A DNA stretch of 64,000 nt from a virus. The notes under the pieces are model-generated. The model saw only the letters and a program-made list of their open reading frames with translations. It was not told the DNA's origin and did no database searches. The translations under genes and the position numbers were made by a program. The stretch's first letter is position 1; each line of letters begins with the position of its first letter. Where the stretch lies: the IMG/VR virus record IMGVR_UViG_3300028581_000013, one strand, 5' to 3'. Shown here piece by piece: positions 17,054 to 28,400 of this stretch.

Positions 17054-19134
17054 TGGCAACAGCCAATTCTAATATACAAATTGCTGATTTAGATTTCAGT
17101 AATATTAAAAGAAACTTTATACAGTTTCTTCAATCACAAGATACACTCAAAGACTATAATTTTGAGGGTTCAACAATGTCCGTCTTGTTGGACATATTAG
17201 CCTATAATACACACTACAATTCATTCTATTTGAATATGGTGGCCAATGAAATGTTCTTGGATAGTGCACTACAGAGAGGTTCCGTTGTTTCTCACGCCAA
17301 ACTGTTAAACTATGTGCCAAGGTCTTCCGTAGCACCCGCAGCATTTGTTAATATAAATTTTAATGGTGTTGCAAATAGTTCTTTTACTTTACCAAAATTT
17401 ACCAACTTTTTGTCTGAGGCAATTAATGGTGTAAACTATAATTTTGTAACGACCGATGCATCTACTGTGGCGGTATCAAGCAACACTGCGTCTTTTACAA
17501 ATGTTGAATTGAAACAAGGTACGCCTATTACACACCGATATACAGTCAACAGAACTACCAATCCAAAGAAAAAATTTGAATTAACAAACACTTTGATTGA
17601 CACTACAACATTAAAAGTTATGGTTCAACAGAGTAGTGGTAATACTTCTTATGATGTTTATCAATCAGCTGAAAATTATTTGACACTCGATAAAGAATCT
17701 AAAGTTTATTTTTTACAAGAGTTAAACAATGGAAACTATGAAATTTCTTTTGGTGATGACATTTTAGGAAAAGAGCTGAGTGATGGTAACATTGTTACAG
17801 TATCTTATATTGCTACAGATGGTAACAGAGCCACAGGTGCAAACAACTTCTTATTAATGGATCGTGTTCTTGGTTACACATCAGTTTCAATTCAACCGAG
17901 AGTAAAAGCTTCTCAAGGATCATCTAAAGAAACTATAGAATCAATCAAATATCAATCTGTTAAATCGTATTCTGCACAAAACAGAGCGGTTTCTAAGAAT
18001 GATTATATTTCAGCAATTCAACAAAATAGTTTAGGTTTTTCTTTTGATGCGGTCAATGTTTGGGGCGGAGAAGAAAACGATCCACCAGTTTACGGCCAAG
18101 TGTTTATTTCTTTGAAACCAACAGGTGGTTACAGTTTAACTCAAGTTCAAAAACAAAAGATTGCAGACGATGTTATTAAACCTATTAGTGTGTTGACTGT
18201 TACGCCTACAATTGTTGATCCTGATTACACATACATCAAATTGGATGTCAATGTTTATTATGATCCAACAAAAACATCATTGTCTGCTTCAGAGATGCAA
18301 AATGGTGTAAGAAATGCCATAGCGGCATTTGGTAGAAGGACACTTAACACATTTAACTCAACTTTTAGTAGTTATGAATTATTGACAACCATTCAATCTT
18401 TTAATAATGCAGTAATTACCAGTGATTATAAAATAAAACTACAAAAGAAATTTTATCCAAGCCTTTCAACACCAACAACATATAAATTATATTATAATGT
18501 TCCTTTACAAAGAGGTTTGTTTCAATCCGGTACAAGCAGTTCACCAACGTTACAATATATTGACCCAGCAAATCCACAAAGAACAATCAATAATGTGTAC
18601 ATTGATGAAGTTCCTGTGGCCACATATGGTGTCGAATCGATTTCTGTTATTAATCCTGGTTATGGTTATCAGTATGCACCAAAAATTGATATTCTAGGTG
18701 ATGGATCTGGTGCAACAGCAACCGCTGTGTTAGCTAGTGGAAGTATTAAGAATGTTGTAATTACAAATACCGGTAACAATTACACAAGTGCAATTGCAGC
18801 AGTAACTCCTCAACCAGGCGATACTACGGGCCAATTAGCGGCATTAGTTGTTAATTTGGAAGGCAAATATGGTACACTAAGAACATATTATAACAACAAT
18901 AACAACGCTAAAACTGTTTTAAGTGATAACATTGGAAATATTGAATATGATAATGGTGTCATCACTCTGGATGCTTTTAGTCCCGTTAGTGTAAACAATG
19001 AATTTGGTTTATTGACAGTCACAGCAACACCAACAGTTTCAACAATATCTTCATCTTACAATAGAATTATTACAATTGATGAATATGATGCAAACGCTAT
19101 CACCGTCAATGTTATACCTAGAACAAACTTTTAA
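17053..19134 (+). CDS. gp6: baseplate wedge subunit, T4 gp6-like
   Basis: LDFSNIK, DYNFEGS..SVLLDILAYNTHY, NEMFLDSA..R.SVVSHAK, QNRAV...DY, VWGGE. Confidence 0.95.
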   Translation: MATANSNIQIADLDFSNIKRNFIQFLQSQDTLKDYNFEGSTMSVLLDILAYNTHYNSFYLNMVANEMFLDSALQRGSVVSHAKLLNYVPRSSVAPAAFVNINFNGVANSSFTLPKFTNFLSEAINGVNYNFVTTDASTVAVSSNTASFTNVELKQGTPITHRYTVNRTTNPKKKFELTNTLIDTTTLKVMVQQSSGNTSYDVYQSAENYLTLDKESKVYFLQELNNGNYEISFGDDILGKELSDGNIVTVSYIATDGNRATGANNFLLMDRVLGYTSVSIQPRVKASQGSSKETIESIKYQSVKSYSAQNRAVSKNDYISAIQQNSLGFSFDAVNVWGGEENDPPVYGQVFISLKPTGGYSLTQVQKQKIADDVIKPISVLTVTPTIVDPDYTYIKLDVNVYYDPTKTSLSASEMQNGVRNAIAAFGRRTLNTFNSTFSSYELLTTIQSFNNAVITSDYKIKLQKKFYPSLSTPTTYKLYYNVPLQRGLFQSGTSSSPTLQYIDPANPQRTINNVYIDEVPVATYGVESISVINPGYGYQYAPKIDILGDGSGATATAVLASGSIKNVVITNTGNNYTSAIAAVTPQPGDTTGQLAALVVNLEGKYGTLRTYYNNNNNAKTVLSDNIGNIEYDNGVITLDAFSPVSVNNEFGLLTVTATPTVSTISSSYNRIITIDEYDANAITVNVIPRTNF

Positions 19135-21962
19135 TGATTCCAGATAACACAAAAACTTCTTTATTAATACCGTATCAACTTCCTGCATATATTCGGGACG
19201 ATCCCGCATATGCTAATTTTGTATTGTTCCTACAAGCATATTATGAATGGATGGAACAAGAAGGTGGTGTTACAAATCGTTCAAAAAATATATTAAACTA
19301 CACAGATATTGATAATACAACATCAGAATTCATTGATTACTTTGTCAATGATTTTTTACCTTTCTTTCCAAAAGATTTATTAATTGATAAAGCTCGAGCA
19401 GTAAAATATGCTAAACAGTTTTATCAAGCAAAAGGCACTCCAGCTTCTTATAAATTCTTGTTTAAGATTTTATACAATTCTGATTTTGATGTATATTACA
19501 CAAAAGAATCTGTATTAAGAGCTTCTGCTGGTAGTTGGTACGTTGCAAAAAGTCTTAAACTTGCATCACTTAATGATAATTTATTGAATATTAAACAATA
19601 TAGATTATTAGGTGAAATTTCTAGAGCAATTGCCACAATAGAAAATTCTGTCGTGGCAGGAAACAAAACTGAAGTGTTTCTTTCCAACATTCAAAGATTA
19701 TTTGAATCTGGAGAATTTGTTCGTGTAGTTGATGCAAACAATCAAGATGTTTTATTTGGTGGTCAACCATTAAGAGCTAAGATTGTTGGTCAAATTAGTA
19801 GTATAATAATTAATCCAAATGCTCGTGGTTTATTTTATGAACCAGGTGATCCAGTAGTTGTTTATGGTGGTCTGAATGAAGATGTTTTATTTCCAGTTGG
19901 TGCCAATGCAGAAGTAGAAACTGTAACAACAGGATCAATACAATCAATCAATGTTATTGATGGTGGTTTTGGTTACACTTTAGAATCTCCTATTACTATT
20001 ACACCTACTGGTGGTGCATCTGCTGCGGTGGCTTCTTTAGATCCAACTAAAGCTTCACAAGTTTTAATTGCAAACAATGCTATTGCAACCAAATCAGGAA
20101 TTCAAATTGGTGTACCAAATTATGGATTCAAAAGTTATACCACAAATATACAGTCAACAATATACAACTCTTTAGATTTTCAAACAGTTACAGTTAGCCC
20201 CATTTCTTCTGTTTTAGTTACTAATGGTGGCGGAGGTTTTTCTTCACCACCAGACATCACGACAAAAGCATTGTATCTTACAAACAATAGTGATCCTGTT
20301 ACATCAAATAATTATAGTGATTTAAAATTTTTAGGTATTCTTGCTTCAATGACAATTCAAAATGCTGGTAGAGGTTATCAAGCAAATGACAGAATCGTAT
20401 TTTCGGGTGGTTCTGGTTATGGTGCATATGCCAATGTGATTACTGTTGCTGCTAATGGTGCCATCACTAATGTTGCTTATGTTTATGGTGAACAACTTTA
20501 TCCAAAAGGTGGTCTTGGGTATAGATTAACTGCATTACCAACTTTAAGTGTTGTATCAGCAAATGCAAATGCAGCCAATGCTTTGATAACTGTTTCTGGT
20601 ATTTTAGGTGATGGTGCAGTATTTGAGGCTAACACAACCAGTATTGGTGCTGTGTCTAAAATTAAACTAAACAGTAATGGTGAAGATTATGTTTCAACAC
20701 CAATCATTTCGTTAAAAGTCCAAGACATTGCTGTATCAAATGTAAGTATTTTAAATATTCCACAAAAAGGTGATGTAGCTTATCAAGGAAGCAACGTTGC
20801 AACTGCTTTTTATTCTGCATTAGTTGAATCTATTTCACTTTTAGCACCAGATGCAAATCCTGCTAATACTTTGTATAATTTGAGAGTCTTCAATTATTCT
20901 GGTTCAGCAAACACAAAACAAAATATTAAAGTTGGCACAGAAGATCAAAATATTAATTTGAGAATGGCTAACGTAGCTTATAATTCGGGTTATAATTCAA
21001 GTGGTATTAAAACATATGGTAATGGTCGTGCAAGAGCAAACACAAGATTTTTAAATGGTCTCGTTTTTAGTCAAGGACAATATCTTGATAAAAAAGGTCA
21101 GTTAAGTTCTTTTGACGTATTACAAAGTGAAAACTTCAACAATTACACCTACCAAATTACTGTAGAAAAAGAGATAGCAAAATACAGAGAAACACTATTA
21201 GGACTTCTACATCCAGCCGGAATGAAAGTTTTGGGTAGGTATGCTCTAAGAGCAAATTCTAATTTTACCGTTACAGAAGAAACATTACTCTTTACAGGTA
21301 GACCAATTGCTAATTATACTGGAGAACCATCTTTAGCCACTATAGTTACTGATTTTAATAACCGAAGCAATAATATCATAACGTTCTCAGATTTGGTTGG
21401 TGCAAACATTGCAGAATTCATATTCTCGACCGGTGATAATTTATCGGTTAAGTCAAATTCTGTGGTCGAATTGACACCATCAAATGGTCCAAATGTACGT
21501 TCCGAGGTAATTCATGTAGATTATACATCAAATACCGTTTACCTTAAAGATAATGTTTTATTAACTTATGCAAATGTCGCCTATGTTTCTGGAAATGTCA
21601 ATTCAAACACGATAAATATACGAACCTTGACTGGTTCTTACGATATAGTTAATAATGGAAATTATAGTAATACTAGAAACAAACTAGAAGATATCGTATT
21701 CTCAGGTGATACCATAAGAATTAACAATGCCAACAATGATACGATTCAAGTTTCCAATGTTAATTATGGAACCGGTGTAATCACATTGTCTGGTACTTTG
21801 ACTGGAAATGCAAGTAATGTCTTATTGTCTGTCAAAAGAACTTTATCAACCAGAGCAATTCGAATATTTGGACCTGTTGGAATTCAGTTCTATCCAGAAC
21901 TCACAACAGAAGATGGACAATCTTTAATAACGGAAGATGATCGATTAATCATATTAGGGTAA
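19134..21962 (+). CDS. gp7: baseplate wedge initiator, gp7-like
   Basis: QLP.YIR, FLQAYYEWME, FYQAKGT..SYKFLF.ILY, C-terminal LLHPAGMK; between gp6 and gp8. Confidence 0.75.
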   Translation: MIPDNTKTSLLIPYQLPAYIRDDPAYANFVLFLQAYYEWMEQEGGVTNRSKNILNYTDIDNTTSEFIDYFVNDFLPFFPKDLLIDKARAVKYAKQFYQAKGTPASYKFLFKILYNSDFDVYYTKESVLRASAGSWYVAKSLKLASLNDNLLNIKQYRLLGEISRAIATIENSVVAGNKTEVFLSNIQRLFESGEFVRVVDANNQDVLFGGQPLRAKIVGQISSIIINPNARGLFYEPGDPVVVYGGLNEDVLFPVGANAEVETVTTGSIQSINVIDGGFGYTLESPITITPTGGASAAVASLDPTKASQVLIANNAIATKSGIQIGVPNYGFKSYTTNIQSTIYNSLDFQTVTVSPISSVLVTNGGGGFSSPPDITTKALYLTNNSDPVTSNNYSDLKFLGILASMTIQNAGRGYQANDRIVFSGGSGYGAYANVITVAANGAITNVAYVYGEQLYPKGGLGYRLTALPTLSVVSANANAANALITVSGILGDGAVFEANTTSIGAVSKIKLNSNGEDYVSTPIISLKVQDIAVSNVSILNIPQKGDVAYQGSNVATAFYSALVESISLLAPDANPANTLYNLRVFNYSGSANTKQNIKVGTEDQNINLRMANVAYNSGYNSSGIKTYGNGRARANTRFLNGLVFSQGQYLDKKGQLSSFDVLQSENFNNYTYQITVEKEIAKYRETLLGLLHPAGMKVLGRYALRANSNFTVTEETLLFTGRPIANYTGEPSLATIVTDFNNRSNNIITFSDLVGANIAEFIFSTGDNLSVKSNSVVELTPSNGPNVRSEVIHVDYTSNTVYLKDNVLLTYANVAYVSGNVNSNTINIRTLTGSYDIVNNGNYSNTRNKLEDIVFSGDTIRINNANNDTIQVSNVNYGTGVITLSGTLTGNASNVLLSVKRTLSTRAIRIFGPVGIQFYPELTTEDGQSLITEDDRLIILG

Positions 21963-21967
21963 TATAA

Positions 21968-24040
21968 ATGTCAACAGTAAAAATATCACAACTACCTTTT
22001 ATAACACAGTTGAATGCTAACACAGAGAAAACTCTGATAGCTGGTGTAGATTTGGTTTCAGGATTAACTGGTAAAATTTCAGTTCGGACTTTGGCAAGTG
22101 GTTTATATTCCAGAGATGTACTAAACGTTGGTACTAATCCAATTATATTAGAAAATGTTGTTGCACAGTTTACCAACACTAGTAGTAAATTTATTCAAAT
22201 TAACCTACAAAACTTTGATGGTGTGGGTTCCAGTGATTTTGTAGCATCAGCCAACAATAGTAGTGGTTCAAATAACTATATTGATATGGGTATTAATGGA
22301 CCAGGTTTCAATGATCCAGTTTATTCTTCTATGTTACCTTATGATGGTTATGTTTACTCACATGGTCCATCACACAACGACTATCGTGGTAATTTAGTTA
22401 TTGGTACCGCTTCATCTAATGCAAACGTTGTTTTAATTGCTGGTGGTACACAATCAAATAATATTGTTGGTCGTTTTAATGCCAACAAGTTTAATTTCTT
22501 TAATCAAGTAGATATTAATGATGACCTTGTTGTTACTGGTAACGTTTATGTTGATAATATTATTTTTGGTGATAACTCAATACAAGAAACATCACTCACA
22601 ACTCGCCTTGATGCAGCATTCTTAAAAGCCAATAATGCTTTGGCGAATGTGGCCAATGCTACGTTTGGATTTAGTTTAACAAGCCCACAAACAATTACAG
22701 CCAATATTCTTACTGCTGTTCATCGATTGAGTTTTTCTGCAAACGGATTAATTAGAACTGAAACAGGTACAGGCAACTTTAAAAACCTTTCACTTTTAAC
22801 TGGTGATGAAGTCAGTACAGGTAATAGTGGTTCTATCAATATTACAACAGGTTCAGGTGGTGCAGTTAGTGGTTATGGCGGTGACGTTAATATAGTTCCA
22901 GGTACCGGTAATTCTGGTTACGGAAAAGTTAATATCAATGTTGCAAGTAATCTTTGGACATTCAACACGAATGGCAGTATAAAATTCCCAGATAATACCA
23001 CACAAATTACTGCGGCCGCTCCGTTCTCTTATTCAACAGCAAGTTATGGTCATGCAAATGCTGCGCACGAGAAAGCAAATGTAGCATTTATTCACGCAAA
23101 CAATGCTTACGAACATGCTAATGTGGCTTTTGATGAAGGCAATGTGGCTTATGCTTTAGCTAATAGTGCATATTATATTGCTAATAATGCAATTGCAAAT
23201 ACTGTTGGTGTGTTTACTGCTGGTGATTTCAACATATCTGGTGATTTAACTGCCAACGGCACACTGGTTTTAGCTAATTCAAATTTCTCAGCATCAGAAG
23301 CTGCCTTTAGAATCACGGCCGCAGGAAGTTCACAAACTCCAACACAAGCCGGCACACTAATGCAATTGACCAATAAAGCAAATGTACCAGCTAGAGTGTT
23401 GATTGATTCTTTTGGCACTTCAAATACAGCATACCCTATCATTGCTGGTAGAAATGCCAGAGGTACAGTAGACACACCAGCACCAACACAGAACAATGAT
23501 ATTCTGTTGCGTATTGCTGGTAACTCTTATGGCGATACAGGATATGCACCCTTTGGTGATGCAAGAATCGATTTTGTGGCCACCGAAAATCATTCAGACA
23601 CAAATCGTGGTTCCAGAATAAGATTTTGGAATACACCAACAGGTTCAAATGTTGTTAATGAGATTGCTTCATTTAATGCCGATTCTGTTTATTTTACTGG
23701 TGTCGTGGAACCAGAAAAAGGATTTATCTTTACACCAAGATTACCTGTTGGTAATCAAACGGCCATTACAATTGATTTTTCGAGTGATGTGATTATTAAA
23801 GCCAACTTAGCAGCTGACTTGACATTTACACTTTCAAATTTTGTGTTTGGTAAAGTGGTTGAAGTTTGGTTAACCAATACGAGTGGATTAACTAGAACTA
23901 TTACACACGGTTGTTCATCAATTAATTCATCAGAAAATGCAACAACATTTACAATGCCATCAACAAGTTCTGCATACCTAAGATATTTCAGTATTGATGG
24001 TGATTTAGCAAATACATTTGTAACAGTCCAACACGCTTAA
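21968..24040 (+). CDS. fibre-like structural protein
   Basis: VKISQLP N-terminus, FPDNTTQITAA, AxxxAN coiled-coil repeats. Confidence 0.6.
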   Translation: MSTVKISQLPFITQLNANTEKTLIAGVDLVSGLTGKISVRTLASGLYSRDVLNVGTNPIILENVVAQFTNTSSKFIQINLQNFDGVGSSDFVASANNSSGSNNYIDMGINGPGFNDPVYSSMLPYDGYVYSHGPSHNDYRGNLVIGTASSNANVVLIAGGTQSNNIVGRFNANKFNFFNQVDINDDLVVTGNVYVDNIIFGDNSIQETSLTTRLDAAFLKANNALANVANATFGFSLTSPQTITANILTAVHRLSFSANGLIRTETGTGNFKNLSLLTGDEVSTGNSGSINITTGSGGAVSGYGGDVNIVPGTGNSGYGKVNINVASNLWTFNTNGSIKFPDNTTQITAAAPFSYSTASYGHANAAHEKANVAFIHANNAYEHANVAFDEGNVAYALANSAYYIANNAIANTVGVFTAGDFNISGDLTANGTLVLANSNFSASEAAFRITAAGSSQTPTQAGTLMQLTNKANVPARVLIDSFGTSNTAYPIIAGRNARGTVDTPAPTQNNDILLRIAGNSYGDTGYAPFGDARIDFVATENHSDTNRGSRIRFWNTPTGSNVVNEIASFNADSVYFTGVVEPEKGFIFTPRLPVGNQTAITIDFSSDVIIKANLAADLTFTLSNFVFGKVVEVWLTNTSGLTRTITHGCSSINSSENATTFTMPSTSSAYLRYFSIDGDLANTFVTVQHA

Positions 24041-24050
24041 TAAATAAATC

Positions 24051-25418
24051 ATGGCCAATAAAACACTATTAACAACTTTTTCAAAACAGACTACGGTTGA
24101 GCAGTTTTACTTTTCACCGGTGGCTGTTGTTCCTCCTAATATATCTTCAGTATTAACCTCAATGTATTGTTTTCTTTCTAAAGTTGATCCTTGGGACGAT
24201 GAAGATAATCCACCAATACCACAACAAGATGTAAAATATATTAAACGAACATTTAAAAATATGTTTGTGGCCAAAAAGATAACATCAAACGATATTAGTC
24301 CTGTTATACCACGAGTTGATTGGACTTCAGGAATTACCTACGATTACTATCAAGATGACGTTGATATTTTCGATGTTGATGAAAATGGATTTGCTAATTA
24401 TAAGTTCTATGTTAAAAATAGATATGACCAGATTTTTAAATGTTTATGGAACAATAACGATTCTCCATCAACAGTAGAACCTTACTTTGAACCGGGAACA
24501 TATGGTACGGATAATATTTTTAGAGGTTCGGATGATTACAAATGGAAGTACATGTATACCATTGATGATGGTCTGCGAGTTAAATTCTTAGATAGTAACT
24601 GGATTCCTGTACCTGTTGGTACAACCATTCCAAATCCTTTAAATAGTGATTCAGGAACAGGTGATATTCCAGTCATCAATATTACTAATCGTGGTTCGGG
24701 ATACGATCCGTCAAATGCAGCCATTACTGTTGTAATAACTGGTGACGGAACTGGTGCGGTTGCAACTGCTGAGATTGATGGTGATGAAATTGCTGATGTT
24801 ATTGTTACCAATCCGGGTACAAACTACACTTACGCCAATGTGGCTATCGTTTCGGCTATCGGTTCAAATGCAACAGCTATTTGTCCAGTTTCACCAATTT
24901 CTGGCCATGCTTATGATCCTATTTCTGAACTTGGTTGTACTAAAGTAATGGTTGCTGTGGAATTCAATGCTAGTGAGAATGGCAACATACCCATTGATAT
25001 TGACTATCATCAATTGGGCATTATTGTGAACCCCACGACACGAGAATTGTCACCAAATCCAGCAAATGGTCAAATATACAAAACAACTACTGACTTGGTT
25101 GTTGCCTCTGGCCAAGGTGCATATACTAATGATGAAATTGTTTATCAAGGAACTTCACTGGCTGACGCATATTTTATTGGAACAGTTTTGAGTTTTGACT
25201 CTGGAACCAATACATTAAAGCTAATAAATACAGAAGGAACATTAGCATATAATGATTCAGTTCATGGATCAGTATCAGGCACCGTTAGAACTCTGTTAAC
25301 ATATAGTACACCAAACTTTGTACCACAGTCTGGATATATGACTTTTATTGAGAACAGAACAGGAATAACAAGAAGTGAAGATGGTATAGAACAATTTAAG
25401 ATTGTATTAGGCTACTAA
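24051..25418 (+). CDS. gp8: baseplate wedge subunit, T4 gp8-like
   Basis: W.DE.NPP.P, VIPRVDW.SG..YD.Y, FKCL.N, D.YKWKYMYTI, ENR..ITR..D..EQFKIVL. Confidence 0.92.
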   Translation: MANKTLLTTFSKQTTVEQFYFSPVAVVPPNISSVLTSMYCFLSKVDPWDDEDNPPIPQQDVKYIKRTFKNMFVAKKITSNDISPVIPRVDWTSGITYDYYQDDVDIFDVDENGFANYKFYVKNRYDQIFKCLWNNNDSPSTVEPYFEPGTYGTDNIFRGSDDYKWKYMYTIDDGLRVKFLDSNWIPVPVGTTIPNPLNSDSGTGDIPVINITNRGSGYDPSNAAITVVITGDGTGAVATAEIDGDEIADVIVTNPGTNYTYANVAIVSAIGSNATAICPVSPISGHAYDPISELGCTKVMVAVEFNASENGNIPIDIDYHQLGIIVNPTTRELSPNPANGQIYKTTTDLVVASGQGAYTNDEIVYQGTSLADAYFIGTVLSFDSGTNTLKLINTEGTLAYNDSVHGSVSGTVRTLLTYSTPNFVPQSGYMTFIENRTGITRSEDGIEQFKIVLGY

Positions 25419-25427
25419 AGGAAAAAA

Positions 25428-28400
25428 ATGGCTTTAAATTTCAACGTTGACCCTTACTATGATGATTTCGATGACACTAAAAATTTCCATCGGATTCTTT
25501 TTAAACCTGGATTTGCGGTTCAAGCCAGAGAATTAACTCAAGCTCAAACAATACTACAAGACCAAATTTCTAAGTTTGGTGCTGGCATCTATGTTGATGG
25601 ATCAAAAGTTACTGGCGGAAACATTTTTGTTGATACAAACATTATTACCTGTAAGTTAACAACAGGCACAACTTCAGAAGATATTTTAAATTATGTTGGT
25701 TATTATGCTGTTGGTGTTACGTCAAAATTTGTAACTAGAGTTATTTCAGTTGATGATATAAATCTTTATATCAGAACTAAATCGATCAACACAAATAACA
25801 ATAAAGCATTTTCATCTGGTGAAACAATTAAATTTTTTGATTCAAAGAATGATGCTCTAAACTCTGTTATGGGTTATGACATTGCTCCAACATATACAGC
25901 CACAGCAATTACAGAAACAAATTTTTCACGTTTTGTAACTGGTACTTTTTTATCTAAATCATTAAGTGTTTCTTCTGCTAGCATTAGTGTTGGTGACAAC
26001 ATTGTTATGACATCAATTAATTTGAACGCTTATGTTACAGCCATTACCGGTGTCAATTCGATTACCATCAATACACCATTAACACAAGATTTAACTGACG
26101 CTACCGTTACAGTATACAAAAAAGCATCAGTTCGTGCATTGGAAGTTTCTGTTGATGATGGTGTTTGGTTTACTAGTGGATATTTTGTTCGCCATGTGGC
26201 ATCAAGTATTATTCCTGACCAATTAAATGCTTTTCCATCTGTTGTTGTTGGTTTTGAAGTTGAAGATGAAATTGTAGATACGTTTACAGATTCTTCTCTA
26301 TTAGATCCTGCGATTGGTGCTTCCAATTATCAAGCTCCTGGTGCTGATCGATATAAAATATCATTAACTTTGGTTTACAAACCATACACTAGCACACAAG
26401 AGGTTACTAATTTAACAACAAATAAGTTTATTGAGTTAGTTCGAATTAATGCTGGAGTTATTGAATCAATCAATGACACTCCAATATTTTCAGAAGTACA
26501 AAAATCGATTGCTCGTGGTATTTACGATCAATCTGGTGATTTCTTTGTAAATCCATTTTCACTATCAATACAAGATTATTTTAATGAAGCCAATGTGATG
26601 CCTGCAGCTATTTCAACGGGTAAAGCATACATTAATGGATTTCGTGTTGAAAAAATTGCTCCAACACAATATGAATTAGAAAAGGCAAGAGATACAGAAA
26701 GTTTGACCGATCAAAATATTTCCACTTATTATGGAAATTATACTTTGATTAAAAATTTAAATGGTTCAATTATAAACTTTCAACAAGGTGTTCAAGTTGA
26801 ACTACACAATGCCGCATTTGGTGCAGCAACTTCAGCAACAAAAATTGGTACCGCTCGAATTCGTAACTTTGATTATTCTAGTGATACCGGACAAAATTCA
26901 CAATACAAAGCATTTTTGTTTAATGTTGGTTTGAACAGCAATCCATTTTCCAATGTTCGTTCAATGATTATTCCTGGTGCAGCGAATAGTTATACATCCG
27001 TCACATTCTCAGCAAACACAATTTCACCATATACATTAGTTGATAGTAATTACAATTCATTAATATTTGCTTTACCGCAAAATAATATTGCAAACGTAAA
27101 TAATATTAATTATGAAACTCGTAGATTCTTTAGTGCTCCAACGTTTGTAAATGGTTCGTATACCATTAACACAAATGGTAGCAATGAAGATTTTGTTGGT
27201 GGTTCTGGTTCAATTCCTGCAGCTCAACGTCAATTAAATTTTGCTGTAGTTACCACTTCTGCTAGTGGTAGTTATGCGACTGGTACATTTATACCAATGG
27301 ATCAGGCGAATGTTAGTATTAGTATCTCCAACTCTGGGGTTTCAGCAGGACAGGCGACCATCAACATTGGTGGAGGATTTAATGGTTCTGCTACAATCTA
27401 TGCTACCATCAGCGTGGTGGGTGATTCCATTAAGAATAAAGTTATTCAGTACGATACCGCAGTTTTAGCTTCGGCAAATACAATTGGTACACCAGTTAGT
27501 TTAGGTGTGGCAGACATTTATAATTTCAAAGGTGTATATGAATTAGGTAACACAGCAACTTATCTCGGTAACTGGTCTGAATATACCACTTACAACTCCG
27601 ATAGTGCAGTTGTATATGATAGTAACGTTTATGTATCGTTAACTACCAGTAATATTAATCGAAATCCAGAAACACAAACAGCATATTGGACACAAATCAC
27701 AAATAGCATCGATGAATACTACTTAAACGATGGACAAAAAGATGCTTTCTACGACCACGGTACAATTACAAATTTAACTGGATCTGCTCAAGGTAACGTT
27801 GTTGTTGTATTTGATCATTTCACACACTCTGGTGGTACAGGTTTCTTCACAGTAGATTCTTATCCTGTTGATTATTCTGATACTCCATCATTTACATCTC
27901 CACAGTATGGATCAAATTATAATTTACGAGATATAATTGATTTTAGACCTCGCAGAGATGATGGTGTTGGTGTTTCAACATTTAGTACATATCAAATACC
28001 TGCACCATACGAGAATATTTACACCGATTATAATTATTATTTGGGTCGTAAAGATAAAATTGTATTATATCCAACAGGAGTGTTTAAAACTATTCGTGGT
28101 GTAAGCTCTTACATTAATCCAGTTGTGCCAGCTGATATTCCAGGAACAATGACATTGTTTACTTTAGAATATCCTCCATATACGTTTAGTAGCAATACAG
28201 TCATTATCACACCTTCCGATCTAAGAAGGTATACAATGCGTGATATTGGTGTTTTGGATAAAAGAATTGGTAATTTAGAATATTACACTTCATTATCATT
28301 ATTGGAAAAAGAAGTAACGGGATCAGATATTACGGATGAAAATAATGAAAACATATTATTTAAAAATGGATTTTTAGTTGATAGTTTTACTAGCCATACT